Part shown: piece by piece, positions 9,526 to 19,609 of the stretch
Numbering within the stretch: position 1 is the first letter of the stretch
Layout: every line of letters begins with the position of its first letter
Assembly: GCA_963745025.1 (NCBI GenBank)
Contig: CAVUWD010000005.1
Location: 128,001 to 192,000, forward strand
DNA length: 64,000 nt
Direction of reading: 5' to 3'
From: an uncultured delta proteobacterium
Lineage (GTDB): Bacteria; Desulfobacterota; Binatia; JACPRU01
Program-made: the position numbers and the translations under genes
Notes under the pieces: generated by a model
What the model saw: the letters and a program-made list of their open reading frames with translations, nothing else
Databases searched by the model: none
Told to the model about the DNA's origin: nothing

Positions 9526-10881
9526 TTGGCCACCGCGAAGGTTCGCGCAGAGGTCTTGCGTAAGCTGCTCCGGGCCGGTGCGAAGGCTCGCATCGAGCGG
9601 CTGATCGATCGTCTCCATCCGCCCGACATCGCCGAGATGCTTCCCGAGCTCGGCCCGGGCGAGACGCGTGCGGTCGTCGACATCCTGTTTTCGGCGCAGC
9701 GCGCGGCGCGGACGTTGCGGGAGCTTCCGGCCGAGGTCCTGCGGGGGATCCTCGAGATGCTCGACGACACCGAGATCGAGGGGATGCTCGGTCGGCTACC
9801 TCCCGACGATGCCGTGTTCTTCCTCGAGGTGCTTCCCGAGGAGCGGCGCGTCCGGGTGACCGCGCAGCTCCCCGACGATCGCCGCAGCGAGCTCGAGCGC
9901 CTGCTCGCGTATCCGGAGTCGACCGCGGGCAACCGCATGACGACGCGGTTCCTCGCGGTGTCGCCGTCGACGACGGCGCAAGAAGCGATCGATGCGATCC
10001 GGCGCCATACCGAGGAGGAGGTCGAGCAGGTCTTCTATCTCTACGTCACCGACGAAGACCGACGGCTGCGCGGCGTCGTGCCCATCCGCAAGCTCGTGAC
10101 CTGCCCGCCGACGAAGCCGATCGGCGAGGTGATGATCGAAGACCCGGTCTCCGTTCTGGCGACGGCCGACCAGGAAGAGGTGGCGCAGGTCGTCGGCAAG
10201 TACAGCTTGCTGGCGGTGCCGGTCGTCGACGATGCGCGGCGGCTGCTCGGAGTGATCACGGTCGACGATGTCATCGACGTCATCAAGGAAGAGGCGACCG
10301 AGGACATGTACCGGATGGTCGGTCTGACCGAGGAGGAGCACATCTACACGCCTCTCCCCACGGTCATCCAGCGCCGGCTTCCGTGGATGGTGATCAATCT
10401 GGCCACCGCGTTCCTCGCGGCTTGGGTGGTCGGACTGTTCGAATCATCGATCCACAAGGTGTCGGTTCTCGCGGTATTCATGCCGATCGTCGCTGGCATG
10501 GGGGGAAACGGCGGCACGCAGACCCTGACGGTGATCACACGCGGGATTGCGCTCGGAGAGATCGACCGCGATGCGGGCCTCAGGGCGATGCTCCGGGAGG
10601 GGATCATCGGCACGGCCATCGGCGTGGTCACGGGCCTGCTCACCGCCGTCGGCGCCTACCTCTGGCGCGGTTCTCCCATGCTCGGCGCCGTGCTGCTTCT
10701 CGCCATGATCACCAACATGGTGATCGCGGGCCTCTCGGGCGCGGCGATTCCCTTGCTCCTCAGGGCGTTGCGCCAAGACCCGGCGCTTGGCTCGGGAGTG
10801 ATCGTCACCACGTTCACGGACGTCTGCGGATTTCTCTCGTTTCTCGGTCTCGCAACCCTGCTTCTCCGCTACCTTCACTAG
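9526..10881 (+). CDS. mgtE: Magnesium transporter MgtE
   Basis: MgtE N domain, CBS pair (YPESTAG, GVITVDD), transmembrane motifs MGGNGGTQT and DPAL.SG..VTT.TD. Confidence 0.95.
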   Translation: MATAKVRAEVLRKLLRAGAKARIERLIDRLHPPDIAEMLPELGPGETRAVVDILFSAQRAARTLRELPAEVLRGILEMLDDTEIEGMLGRLPPDDAVFFLEVLPEERRVRVTAQLPDDRRSELERLLAYPESTAGNRMTTRFLAVSPSTTAQEAIDAIRRHTEEEVEQVFYLYVTDEDRRLRGVVPIRKLVTCPPTKPIGEVMIEDPVSVLATADQEEVAQVVGKYSLLAVPVVDDARRLLGVITVDDVIDVIKEEATEDMYRMVGLTEEEHIYTPLPTVIQRRLPWMVINLATAFLAAWVVGLFESSIHKVSVLAVFMPIVAGMGGNGGTQTLTVITRGIALGEIDRDAGLRAMLREGIIGTAIGVVTGLLTAVGAYLWRGSPMLGAVLLLAMITNMVIAGLSGAAIPLLLRALRQDPALGSGVIVTTFTDVCGFLSFLGLATLLLRYLH

Positions 10882-10997
10882 TGCTCCCTCGACGGACCGC
10901 AACCGCCTCCGAGAACGGCTCGTGAATTGCGGAAGCGGAGGAAATCCCATAGAAGTCGGCTGCTCATTCGACTGCCTGGAGAGGTGATATAGTGACG

Positions 10998-11615
10998 ATG
11001 AAGCTCTACGACTACCCGCAGTGCCCGTTCGGTCAGAAGGTACGAATCGTGCTGGCCGAGAAGGAGCTGTCCTACGAGTTCGTCAACGTCGATCTCCGTC
11101 GCGGCGAGCAGAAGCGGCCGGAATTCCTCAAGCTGAACCCGTTCGGTAAGGTTCCGGTCCTGATCGACGACGAGGTCGTCGTCTACGATTCCACGATCAT
11201 CAACGAGTACCTCGAAGACGAGTACCCGCACCCGCGGCTGCTGCCCGAAGATTCTCAGGGCCGCGCCCGCGCGCGTTCCCTCGAGGACTACGCCGATCTC
11301 GCCTTCATCTTGCCCGTGGGCGTGCTGATGAACGAAGTGCGCAAAGTCGACGCCGAGCGCGATGCGGAACGCATGCGACGGAGTCGCGAAGAGATCGAGC
11401 GAGCGCTCGCGCACGTGAATTCCATGCTCGGCGAGCAACAGTTTCTGGCAGGAGAGTTCTCCGTCGCCGACGCCGCCTTTGCGCCTCGCATGATGGTGCT
11501 GCGGGCCGTGGGCATCGAGCTGAATCCCCAGTGGGAGCCGCTCAAGCGCTGGATCCACAGGCTGGCGGAGCGGCCGAGTCTGCAGAAGATCGAAGGCCTC
11601 GAAGGCTGGCGGTAG
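10998..11615 (+). CDS. Glutathione S-transferase family protein (SspA-like)
   Basis: CPF motif, LNPFGKVPVL, DSTIINEYLED, FSVAD. Confidence 0.9.
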   Translation: MKLYDYPQCPFGQKVRIVLAEKELSYEFVNVDLRRGEQKRPEFLKLNPFGKVPVLIDDEVVVYDSTIINEYLEDEYPHPRLLPEDSQGRARARSLEDYADLAFILPVGVLMNEVRKVDAERDAERMRRSREEIERALAHVNSMLGEQQFLAGEFSVADAAFAPRMMVLRAVGIELNPQWEPLKRWIHRLAERPSLQKIEGLEGWR

Positions 11616-11664
11616 CCTCGAAGAGGCACTCCTTCTTTGGCTTGACAGCCACTTTCTTTAATAC

Positions 11665-11685
11665 TAATAGAAACAATTACTATTA
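11665..11685 (+). promoter_or_regulatory. Fur/PerR-type AT-rich inverted-repeat operator in the rubrerythrin promoter
   Basis: TAATAGAAACAATTACTATTA is an imperfect 10-1-10 palindrome, downstream of TTGACA (11642-11647); a Fur-family gene ends the operon. Confidence 0.65.
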
Positions 11686-11706
11686 TAGATTGGGAGGTCA
11701 AGCGAC

Positions 11707-12129
11707 ATGGCAAAGCTCGAAGGAACCAAGACGCACGGGAATCTGAAGGAGGCATTCGCGGGCGAGTCCCAGGCGAACCGGCGCTATCTCTATTTCGCCC
11801 GTCGCGCCGACATCGAAGGCTATCCGGATATCGGCGGCCTCTTCCGCGACACGTCTGAGGCCGAGACCGGTCATGCCTTCGGTCATCTCGATTTCCTGAA
11901 GGAGGTCGGCGATCCGGTGACCAACGTGCCGATCGGCGACACCGAGAAGAATCTCAAGTCGGCCGTCGAGGGCGAGACCTACGAGTACACGGAGATGTAC
12001 CCGGGCTTCGCCAAGACCGCGCGGCAGGAGGGCTTCCCGGAGGTCGCCGAGTGGTTCGAAACCCTCGCTCGCGCCGAGAAGTCGCACGCGGGACGGTTCG
12101 GGAAGGGGCTGGAGAGTCTCAAGAGCTGA
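11707..12129 (+). CDS. rbr: Rubrerythrin (short form, no rubredoxin domain)
   Basis: [42 protein letters not shown] di-iron motifs. Confidence 0.93.
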   Translation: MAKLEGTKTHGNLKEAFAGESQANRRYLYFARRADIEGYPDIGGLFRDTSEAETGHAFGHLDFLKEVGDPVTNVPIGDTEKNLKSAVEGETYEYTEMYPGFAKTARQEGFPEVAEWFETLARAEKSHAGRFGKGLESLKS

Positions 12130-12133
12130 AAGA

Positions 12134-12200
12134 GGCTGCCGGCTACCGGCTACCGGAAAGACGTCGAGAAGTCTTTGCCGGAAACCGGTAGCCGGTAGCC
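12134..12200. repeat. REP-like heptamer palindrome (GGCTACC)n-AAAGAC-N8-GTCTTT-(GGTAGCC)n
   Basis: ggctgcc ggctacc ggctacc ggaaagac gtcgagaa gtctttgcc ggaaacc ggtagcc ggtagcc. Confidence 0.85.
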
Positions 12201-12210
12201 GTCATTTCGC

Positions 12211-13499
12211 ATGGCCTACAACTTCGATCCCGATTCCCCCAGTTTCTCAATCGCAAAGAAGTCGAGGGTGAACAGCACCGCGTCTTCGACGTTTGTCACG
12301 ATTGCCGGCGCTGCTACAACCTTTGCCCGTCTTTCACTACGCTGCTCGACGGCATCGACGCGGCGATGGAGGGAAAGGACGCGGCGGGCGAGGTGTCGTC
12401 GCTGCTCGAACGGAAGACCGTCGACACGGTGGTCGACCAGTGCTTCCAGTGTAAGCTCTGCGTACCGCATTGTCCGTACACGCCGCCGCACCGTTGGCAG
12501 ATCGATTTTCCGCGCCTGATGCTGCGTTCGAGGGCAGCGCGCGCCAAGACCGAGGGCATGCCGATCGTCGATCGTGTTCTGGCCAATCCCGAGGGTATGG
12601 GACGCCTCGGCACGCTGTCGTCCAAACTTGCCAACCGCGCCAATGGCAACCGTTTTTTCCGCGCGGTCATGGAGAAAACGCTCGGCATCCATCGCGATCG
12701 CAATCTGCCGAATTATGCGCCGCAAACCTTCGAGAAGTGGTTCGCCAAGCGCGGCACCCGCTCGGCGGGGGAGAACGCCAAAGCCGCGCTTTTCTATACG
12801 TGTACGGTGAACTTCAACGAGACCGAGACGGGGAAAGCGGCCGTGCAGGTGCTCGAGCGGAACAACGTCGCCGTCTCGTGTCCTCCCCAGCGATGCTGCG
12901 GCATGCCGGCGCTCGATGGCGGGGACATCGAAGGAGCGCGTTCGCGCGCCAAGGAGAACGTCGCGGCGCTGACGGGTGCGGTGCGCGACGGCTGCGATGT
13001 TGTCGTCCCCGGTCCGACCTGCAGCTACATGTTGAAGAAGGAGTACCCACTGCTGGTGAAGACTGCTGAGGCCGAGGAGGTGGCTCAGCATACCTACGAT
13101 CTCTGCGAGTATCTGATGAAGCTTCACAAGGCGGGGAAGCTCGACACGGGCTTCACGACCGGCGCGGGACGCGTCGCCTATCACGTGCCGTGCCACCTGC
13201 GCGTTCAGAACATCGGCTTCAAGTCGCGCGACCTCTTGCGACTCCTTCCCGACACGCAGATCGAGCTGATCGAGAGCTGCTCGGGCGTCGACGGCACCTG
13301 GGGCTTCAAGAAGGACTACTTCGATCTCTCCCTCAAAGTGGCACGAGGCTTGTTTCGCGGCATCGAGAACGCGGAGGCGGCAACGGTGGCGACCGACTGT
13401 CCGCTCGCCGGCCTGCAGATCGAGCGGAAGACGGGGAAGAAGCCCGAGCATCCGATCGAGATCGTGCGGCGAGGTTACGGCCTGGCGCCGGAGCGCTGA
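12211..13499 (+). CDS. Rubrerythrin-associated Fe-S oxidoreductase (GlpC/CCG family); one indel near 12240
   Basis: CHDCRRCYNLCP and CFQCKLCVPHCP clusters plus CCG domains. ATG 12211 is out of frame by one base at a C5 run. Confidence 0.88.
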
Positions 13500-13504
13500 C
13501 GGCG

Positions 13505-14089
13505 ATGGTCCGCCCGGTCACGTTGAACGACGTCGTCGGTCTCGAACGCTACGAGAGCATGCGCGACGAGCTTCGCCGGCGCATCATCGAGATCAAGAAA
13601 CACCGCCGCGTGAGCGTCGGCGACCGCATCACGCTCGTGTTCGAAAACCACCAGACCGTGCTCTTCCAGATCCAGGAGATGATCCGCGCCGAGCGCATCG
13701 TGGATCTCGACCGCGTGCGCGACGAGATCGACGTGTACAACGAGCTGATCCCCGGCCCCGGAGAGCTCTCCGCCACGCTGCTGATCGAGCTCCAGGACTC
13801 CACCCGGGTTCGTGAGGAGCTGCCGAAGTTCTACGGCCTCGACGAGGCGACTCGGCTCGAGCTCGACGGTGCGCGGGTTGACGGCGTCTTCGAAGGCGGC
13901 CGTGCGCGCGAAGACAAGGTGAGCGCCGTTCAGTACGTTCGCTTTGCCCTCGGCGACAAGGCGCCGCTCGTCTCGGCGGCAAAGGAAGTGCGCTTGGTGA
14001 TCGATCACCCGAATTACCGCGCGAGCGAGACGCTCTCCGCGGACGTGCGCCGGTCGCTCGCCGAGGACCTGCGCGAGCCGAGCCCATGA
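13505..14089 (+). CDS. DUF3501 family protein
   Basis: [46 protein letters not shown]; usual partner of rbr and the Fe-S oxidoreductase. Confidence 0.88.
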   Translation: MVRPVTLNDVVGLERYESMRDELRRRIIEIKKHRRVSVGDRITLVFENHQTVLFQIQEMIRAERIVDLDRVRDEIDVYNELIPGPGELSATLLIELQDSTRVREELPKFYGLDEATRLELDGARVDGVFEGGRAREDKVSAVQYVRFALGDKAPLVSAAKEVRLVIDHPNYRASETLSADVRRSLAEDLREPSP

Positions 14090-14499
14090 AGCAGATTACG
14101 CGCGTCACCCGGCAGAAGGAGGCGATCCTACGCGCCGCGCTCGCCTCGGGCGACCATCCGACCGCCGACACGATCTACGCCACGGTGCGCCGCGAGTTGC
14201 CGCGGATCAGCCTCGGCACGGTTTACCGCAACCTCCAGCGCATGGTCGCCGAGGGCCGCATGTCGCTGGCTCCGGTCCAGGACGATTCGGGACGGAGCGC
14301 CCGCTTCGATCCCGAGACGCGCCCGCACGACCACTTCGTCTGCCAGGGGTGCAAGCGGATCTACGACGTGGCGCGCGATCGGACGGCCGCGGTCGATCTC
14401 GGAGCCCTCGAGCGGAAGGGCTTCCAGGTGACCTCGCACACCCTCGCCGTCTACGGCCTCTGTCCGCGGTGCGCTTCGGCGCGCCGGAGAACGAGGTGA
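14086..14499 (+). CDS. Fur-family transcriptional repressor (PerR-like)
   Basis: HPTA, ISLGTVYRNL, RFD....HDHFVC..C, YGLC..C. Confidence 0.9.
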   Translation: MKQITRVTRQKEAILRAALASGDHPTADTIYATVRRELPRISLGTVYRNLQRMVAEGRMSLAPVQDDSGRSARFDPETRPHDHFVCQGCKRIYDVARDRTAAVDLGALERKGFQVTSHTLAVYGLCPRCASARRRTR

Positions 14500-14673
14500 G
14501 TGCGCGAGCGCTAGCTCGGCAGGATGTTGCATCCCCATTGATCGCGCCCAACGGGAGCGATCCGTGGCGCACGCTCCTGGCCTCGAAGCGAAAATAATTT
14601 CAGCCAAGAAGCGTACCGAGCCCGCACCCGACTGGGACGCGTCGCGAGCGCCAGATGAGTCGCGGAGCCGGCT

Positions 14674-15489
14674 TTGGAGGCGCGAGACGTGACTGGGAAG
14701 AAGCTCGTGGTGGCCAAGTCGGATGCGAGCTCGAGGGGTCCAAGTATTTTCCCTTCGAGGTTAGCGCTCGCCTCGCTCCTGCTGCTCGCCGCCTGCTCTC
14801 ATCCGGACACCGGCCCACCCGCGCGCGCTCCGGCGACGCCGCTTGATCCGGAGACGGCCGGGACGATCGAAGGCAGAGTAACCTACCTCGGCACGCCGCC
14901 ATCGGCGGCCGAGATCGAGTTCGCCGGCGACCCTGCCTGCACCGCGGTGCACCCGGCCAAGGCCGACGCCGGCGACGTTCTCGTTCGCGACGGTCGCGTC
15001 GAGAACGCCTTCGTTTACATCGAGAGGGGGCTCGAGGGCCGCGTCTTCGAGCGGCCGAAGGAGCCTTCCCGAATCGATCAGCGCGGCTGTCTCTACGCCC
15101 CACGGGTCACCGGCGCCGAGACCGGTCAGTCGATCGAGTTCCTCAACAGCGACCCGACGCTGCACAACGTGCACACGCAGCCCGAGCGTTCCTCGGGTAC
15201 GAATTTCGGGATGGCAGTGCAAGGCGCCCGGCGTTCGATCCACATCGACGAGCCCGAAGTCATGGTCCGCGTGCGCTGCGACGTGCATCCGTGGATGCGC
15301 GCCTACGTCGGCGTCCTCGATCACCCGTACTTCACCGTCACGGGGAAAGATGGAGCGTTCCGCCTTGGGAACGTCCCGGCAGGCGAGTACACGGTGGCCG
15401 TCTGGCACGAGCGGTTCGGGAGGCGGGACGCAAGAGTTATCGTCCGCGCCCAGCACACGACTAGCGCCGAGTTCCGCTTCGGCGGCTGA
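14674..15489 (+). CDS. Lipoprotein with cupredoxin-like and carboxypeptidase-regulatory-like domains (start uncertain)
   Basis: Lipobox LAAC, DQRGC, N.DPTLHNVH, CDVHPWM, G.Y....WHE. Confidence 0.75.
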   Translation: MEARDVTGKKLVVAKSDASSRGPSIFPSRLALASLLLLAACSHPDTGPPARAPATPLDPETAGTIEGRVTYLGTPPSAAEIEFAGDPACTAVHPAKADAGDVLVRDGRVENAFVYIERGLEGRVFERPKEPSRIDQRGCLYAPRVTGAETGQSIEFLNSDPTLHNVHTQPERSSGTNFGMAVQGARRSIHIDEPEVMVRVRCDVHPWMRAYVGVLDHPYFTVTGKDGAFRLGNVPAGEYTVAVWHERFGRRDARVIVRAQHTTSAEFRFGG

Positions 15490-15613
15490 GACCTCTTCGT
15501 TCCGACTGTATCCGGCTCGAACGTTCGCTAGTCTAGTGCCTCGTACGAACTTGACTGGAGCAAGGACCGCCGTTCAAGGCAGCCAACCGTGAAGAGACGT
15601 TGGGCGCGCTGCA

Positions 15614-16361
15614 CTAGAACCCCTTCACCTTCGGCGCATGGTTGAAGAGGTGATAGGTACCGAAGAAGCCGATGAGCACGATCAGCGGCAGTAGGATCAG
15701 CGGAGCGCTGTCCGTCCATAAGTTGTGAGCGTTCAGCATCATGAACACCAACGGTACGGACATGTAGGTGTTGTGCTTCGACCGTGAGCCGGCTAGCGCC
15801 ACCAGCGGCGCCTCCGGCGCCTGACCGTTCTTGATCGCGGTGATGATCTTCTGCTGGTTCGGCCAGATGCGGAACCAGACGTTGAAGGCCATGGTGGTGC
15901 CGAACATCGTGCCGAGATGAATAGAGGTGGCACGGTAGTTGAACCCGCCGACGAAGTCACAGAGAAAGACGAACACTACGGCGACGATCACGCCCGCCCA
16001 AAACTGCATCTGCGCGTCGGTGATCACCGTAGTGAGGTAATCGTAGAGGAACACGGCCACGAAGGTGACGAGGATCATCACGATTGCGCCGGGACTCCAG
16101 ACCAGCAGAGCCCCGCCATGGTAGAACACCATCATCAGCAGGAGTACGCCCGTCACCCACGTGAACGCCGCGCCCCAGCGAAACCAGTAGAGCGCGCGGG
16201 GACGGAGCTCGGGAATGACCTTCTTCTTGGTCTCGGCGTCGAGCGTCGGTTCGAACTGAGAGTTGAACCCAGTTGAAGAAATAGAGGTGACCGATCCAGA
16301 TGATTCCGGCGACGACGTGAATCCAGCGGAAGAGCGATTCGAACAGGTTCATCACATACAT
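15614..16361 (-). CDS. Urate hydroxylase PuuD-like membrane protein; one indel near 16266
   Basis: RWIHVVAGIIWIG.LYFFNWV, LYWFRWGAAFTW.TG, GT.MAFNVWFRIWPNQQK, RSKHNTYMSVP. Confidence 0.8.
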
Positions 16362-16480
16362 GGCCAGCCCTCCTCTCGCGACAACCGGTTCGGTGAACCG
16401 CGGGTGCTTCTGCAAGTAATCGCATCGTTCCACCGGGTCAAGGCCCGTCTCCGCCTACTCTCCGGGCCGCTCCTTGTGCT

Positions 16481-17155
16481 ATGGGAAGGGACTTTCGGGG
16501 GCAATTGGTGCCGTTACCACGCAACATCCCGCTCTTCCCGCTGCCGAACGTCGTGCTCTTTCCGCAGGTGCTCCTGCCGCTGCACATCTTCGAGCCACGA
16601 TATCGTCTGATGGTGAAGGAGGTCGCGGAAGCGGATGAGCTGATCGGCATGATTCTTCTCCGCAGTGAAGAGGGCGGTGGCGGGTCGGGGCGGGACGTCT
16701 ACTCCGTCGGCTGCGCGGGGCGGGTGATTCGCAAGGTCGAGCTTGCCGACGGGCGCTCCAACATCCTCCTCCAGGGCGTCCGCGAGTTCGTGCCGCACGA
16801 GCAATACTTCGATCGTCCCTACCGCACGGCCGCGATCGATTGGCGCGCGGCCCCCGAGCGGGATTTTCGTCTCGACAGCGCCACCAGAACCTCCCTCCGG
16901 GAGTGCATTCGGCGCTTCGCGGGCAAGGAGCACGAAGGGGATTTGCGAATCCTCGCCGATCCCACACTGAGCGACGAGATGCTCGTCAACCTCTTCGCCT
17001 TCGCCCTCGATTTTCCGGTCGCCGAGAAGCAGAGCCTGCTGGAGATCGACAGCGGCGCCAAACGCGCCGCGAGGCTGATCGAGACTCTGGAATTTCACAC
17101 CCTCGAGCGCGAATTCTTCCCGGGCGCCGAAGTCGCGAAGCTGCGGGTACAGTGA
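16481..17155 (+). CDS. Lon protease N-terminal (substrate-binding) domain protein
   Basis: IPLFPLPNVVLFPQVLLPLHIFEPRYRLMV, DGR.NI.LQG; no ATPase or protease domain. Start may be slightly downstream. Confidence 0.88.
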   Translation: MGRDFRGQLVPLPRNIPLFPLPNVVLFPQVLLPLHIFEPRYRLMVKEVAEADELIGMILLRSEEGGGGSGRDVYSVGCAGRVIRKVELADGRSNILLQGVREFVPHEQYFDRPYRTAAIDWRAAPERDFRLDSATRTSLRECIRRFAGKEHEGDLRILADPTLSDEMLVNLFAFALDFPVAEKQSLLEIDSGAKRAARLIETLEFHTLEREFFPGAEVAKLRVQ

Positions 17156-17165
17156 AGAAGAGGAA

Positions 17166-17240
17166 GGCTACCGGCTGCCGGCAGGGGTTCCGCGGAGCCT
17201 TCCGCGGTAGTCGATAGCCGGTAGTCGGTAGTCGGTTTCC
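17166..17240. repeat. REP-like heptamer palindrome
   Basis: ggctacc ggctgcc ... ggtagtc gatagcc ggtagtc ggtagtc. Confidence 0.8.
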
Positions 17241-17252
17241 TCGGCCGAACGC

Positions 17253-17280
17253 TTGACGCATTTTCGACGGCCGATATAGT
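17253..17280 (+). promoter_or_regulatory. Sigma-70-like promoter for nuoI
   Basis: TTGACG-N16-TATAGT. Confidence 0.5.
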
Positions 17281-17318
17281 TCGCAGATGTCTCGATATCA
17301 TCGCGGGCGAGAGGATCG

Positions 17319-17885
17319 ATGAAGCGCCTCGAGCAAATGACGTTTTGGGAGAGGATCTACTTGCCGGAGATCTTCCGCGGGCTCGTCGTCACCGGATACC
17401 GGTTCTGGCGAAATCTTTTTCTCAACGTCGCGCACCAAGTCGGCTTGCTGAAGAACCGCCGCTCGATGGTGACCGTGCAATATCCAGAGGAACGCAAGCG
17501 CTACGGCGACCACTATCGCGGGAGCCATCGCCTGACGCTCAAGGAAGACGGGTCGGTGCGTTGCACTTCCTGCTTCCTCTGTGCGACCGCCTGTCCGGCG
17601 AATTGCATCTACATCGAAGCCGCGGAGAGCCCGGATCCGAAGGTCGAGAAGTATCCCGCCCGCTACGAGATCGACACACTGCGCTGCATCTACTGCGGCT
17701 ACTGCGTGGAGGCCTGCCCCTGCGATGCGATCCGCATGGACACCAACGTCCATCCGCGAATCTGGGGCTATTCGCGACTCGATTTCGTCGAGACCAAGGA
17801 AGTCCTGATGGAGCGCTCGCGGGTGATCGCACAACGTGGGCGGGACGCGCTGATGGAAGACATGCTGAAGAGCTATCGGTCGTGA
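17319..17885 (+). CDS. nuoI: NADH-quinone oxidoreductase subunit I (stand-alone copy)
   Basis: TVQYPEE, CTSCFLCATACP and RCIYCGYCVEACPCDAI (2x[4Fe-4S]). Confidence 0.88.
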   Translation: MKRLEQMTFWERIYLPEIFRGLVVTGYRFWRNLFLNVAHQVGLLKNRRSMVTVQYPEERKRYGDHYRGSHRLTLKEDGSVRCTSCFLCATACPANCIYIEAAESPDPKVEKYPARYEIDTLRCIYCGYCVEACPCDAIRMDTNVHPRIWGYSRLDFVETKEVLMERSRVIAQRGRDALMEDMLKSYRS

Positions 17886-17888
17886 AGA

Positions 17889-17965
17889 GGTTGCCGGCTG
17901 CCTGACGACCGGCTACCCAAAGGACGGCAGGAGTCATTCCGGTAGCCGGTAGCCGAAAGCCGGTA
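17889..17965. repeat. REP-like heptamer palindrome
   Basis: ggttgcc ggctgcc tgacgacc ggctacc ... ggtagcc ggtagcc gaaagcc ggtag. Confidence 0.8.
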
Positions 17966-17969
17966 GAAG

Positions 17970-18191
17970 ATGCTCCTCTACTACCTCTTGCGATCCGGCC
18001 TCTGGCGCGCGCTCGATTGCGAAAAGCTCCGTTTTTTTCTGGGCTTCACGCCTCGCCTGTATCTATCGCGCAACCGCCCACTCTGGCGCGGCATTCCCTG
18101 GAGCGCGGCGCTATTTTCTCCGCGGCGCGCCCGTGAAATCTACGCCTGGCTTCAGTACCGCGTCGAGCTTTTCGACGGCAAAGCGGGCTGA
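17970..18191 (+). CDS. Small hypothetical protein (73 aa, aromatic- and Arg-rich)
   Basis: Fills the space between two REP copies exactly; GC-rich third codon positions; no recognised motif and no clear SD. Confidence 0.45.
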   Translation: MLLYYLLRSGLWRALDCEKLRFFLGFTPRLYLSRNRPLWRGIPWSAALFSPRRAREIYAWLQYRVELFDGKAG

Positions 18192-18198
18192 AAAGAGC

Positions 18199-18259
18199 GG
18201 CTACCGACTACCGGCTGCCGCAAAGGCTCCTGGGGTCTCTTGCGGCAGCCGGTAGCCGG
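18199..18259. repeat. REP-like heptamer palindrome
   Basis: ggctacc gactacc ggctgcc gcaaag ... cttgc ggcagcc ggtagcc. Confidence 0.8.
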
Positions 18260-18323
18260 GCGCCGTCCTTTCGGTTGATTCAACGGTCCTGGGGCGTAGA
18301 ATACGTCTTTCGAGGAGAGCTCG

Positions 18324-19563
18324 ATGACAAGACCTACAAGGAGATCATGGCGGAGGCGCGCAAGGCCGTGCCTGAGTTATCGCCGGCCGAGGTCAAGCAA
18401 AGGCTCGACCGCGGAGAGAAGCACGTGCTTCTCGACGTGCGCGAGAAGGAAGAATATCGCGACGGCCATCTCGAGGGCGCGCTCTCGCTTCCCCGCGGCT
18501 TTCTCGAGATGCGCGTCGAGGAGTCGGTTCCGGACACTCGACGCCGATCATCGCCTACTGCGCCGGGGGCACTCGATCGCTGCTCGCGGGCCGCATCCTG
18601 CGGGAAATGGGCTACGACGAACGTGATCTCGATGTCGGGAGGCTTCACGGGCTGGAAGAACGCCGGGTCTACCCTTCGCGACCGACCGCCAGTTCACGCC
18701 AGGAGCAGGCGACACGCTACAGCCGCCACTTCCTGCTTCCCGAGGTCGGCGAGAAGGGGCAGGCGAAGCTTCTCGACGCGAAGGTGCTCTGCATCGGCGC
18801 CGGCGGGCTCGGCTCGCCGGCGGCGTTCTACCTGGCCGCTGCCGGCGTCGGCACGATCGGCATCGTCGACACGGACGTGGTCGACCTCTCGAACCTGCAG
18901 CGCCAGATCCTGCACACCAACGACCGCGTCGGCATGCCCAAGGTCGAGTCCGCGCGAGGTGACGCTCCAGGCGCTCAATCCCGACGTCAAGGTGGTCGAG
19001 TTCAGCGAGCGGCTGTCGTCGGAGAACGTGCGGCGCATCTTCGAGCGGCTTCGACATCATCGTGAACGGCTGCGACAACTTCCCGACGCGCTATCTCGTC
19101 AACGACGCCTGCGTATTCTGAAGAAGCCGCTCGTCGACGGCGCGATCTTCCAGTTCGAGGGACAGGCGACGTGTCTTCTATCCGGCGAAGGGCCCCTGCT
19201 ACCGCTGCCTCTTCCCGGAGCCGCCGCCTCCGGGCGCGGCGCCGTCGTGCGCCGAAGCGGGCGTGCTCGGCGTGCTGCCCGGGTCTGATCGGCTGCGTGC
19301 AGGCGCTCGAGACGATCAAGCTGATCCTCGGCGCCGGCAAGCCGCTCATCGGTCGCATGATGCACTTCGACACGCTGTCGATGGACGTGCGGGTATTGAA
19401 GCTCCGCCGTGACCCGAACTGCGTGGTCTGCGGCGATCATCCGACGGTGACCGAGCTCATCGACTACGAGGGCTTCTGCAGCGGTGTGCCGTCGGCGAAC
19501 GGAGGCGGCAACGGCTCCGGGGAAGCGGTGCACGTCGGCGGGAGCGAAGCGACGCATGCCTGA
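18324..19563 (+). pseudogene. moeB: Rhodanese-MoeB (MoeZ-type) sulfur-carrier adenylyltransferase with multiple indels, probably sequence errors
   Basis: Rhodanese (LLDVRE..EY..GH), [33 protein letters not shown] and IDYEGFC are spread over several frames. Promoter-like TTGATT-N16-TAGAAT at 18275. Confidence 0.88.
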
Positions 19564-19571
19564 CCGCTCAC

Positions 19572-19609
19572 GAGGGGACGGAAACTTCATTCCGTCCCCT
19601 CTTTGCTTC
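19572..19609 (+). terminator. Intrinsic terminator after moeB
   Basis: GAGGGGACGGAA-acttca-TTCCGTCCCCTC followed by TTTGCTTCT. Confidence 0.7.

Noticed and set aside
12134-12200. Heptamer repeats as a CRISPR array
   Set aside because: No unique spacers or cas genes; they are short dispersed palindromes.
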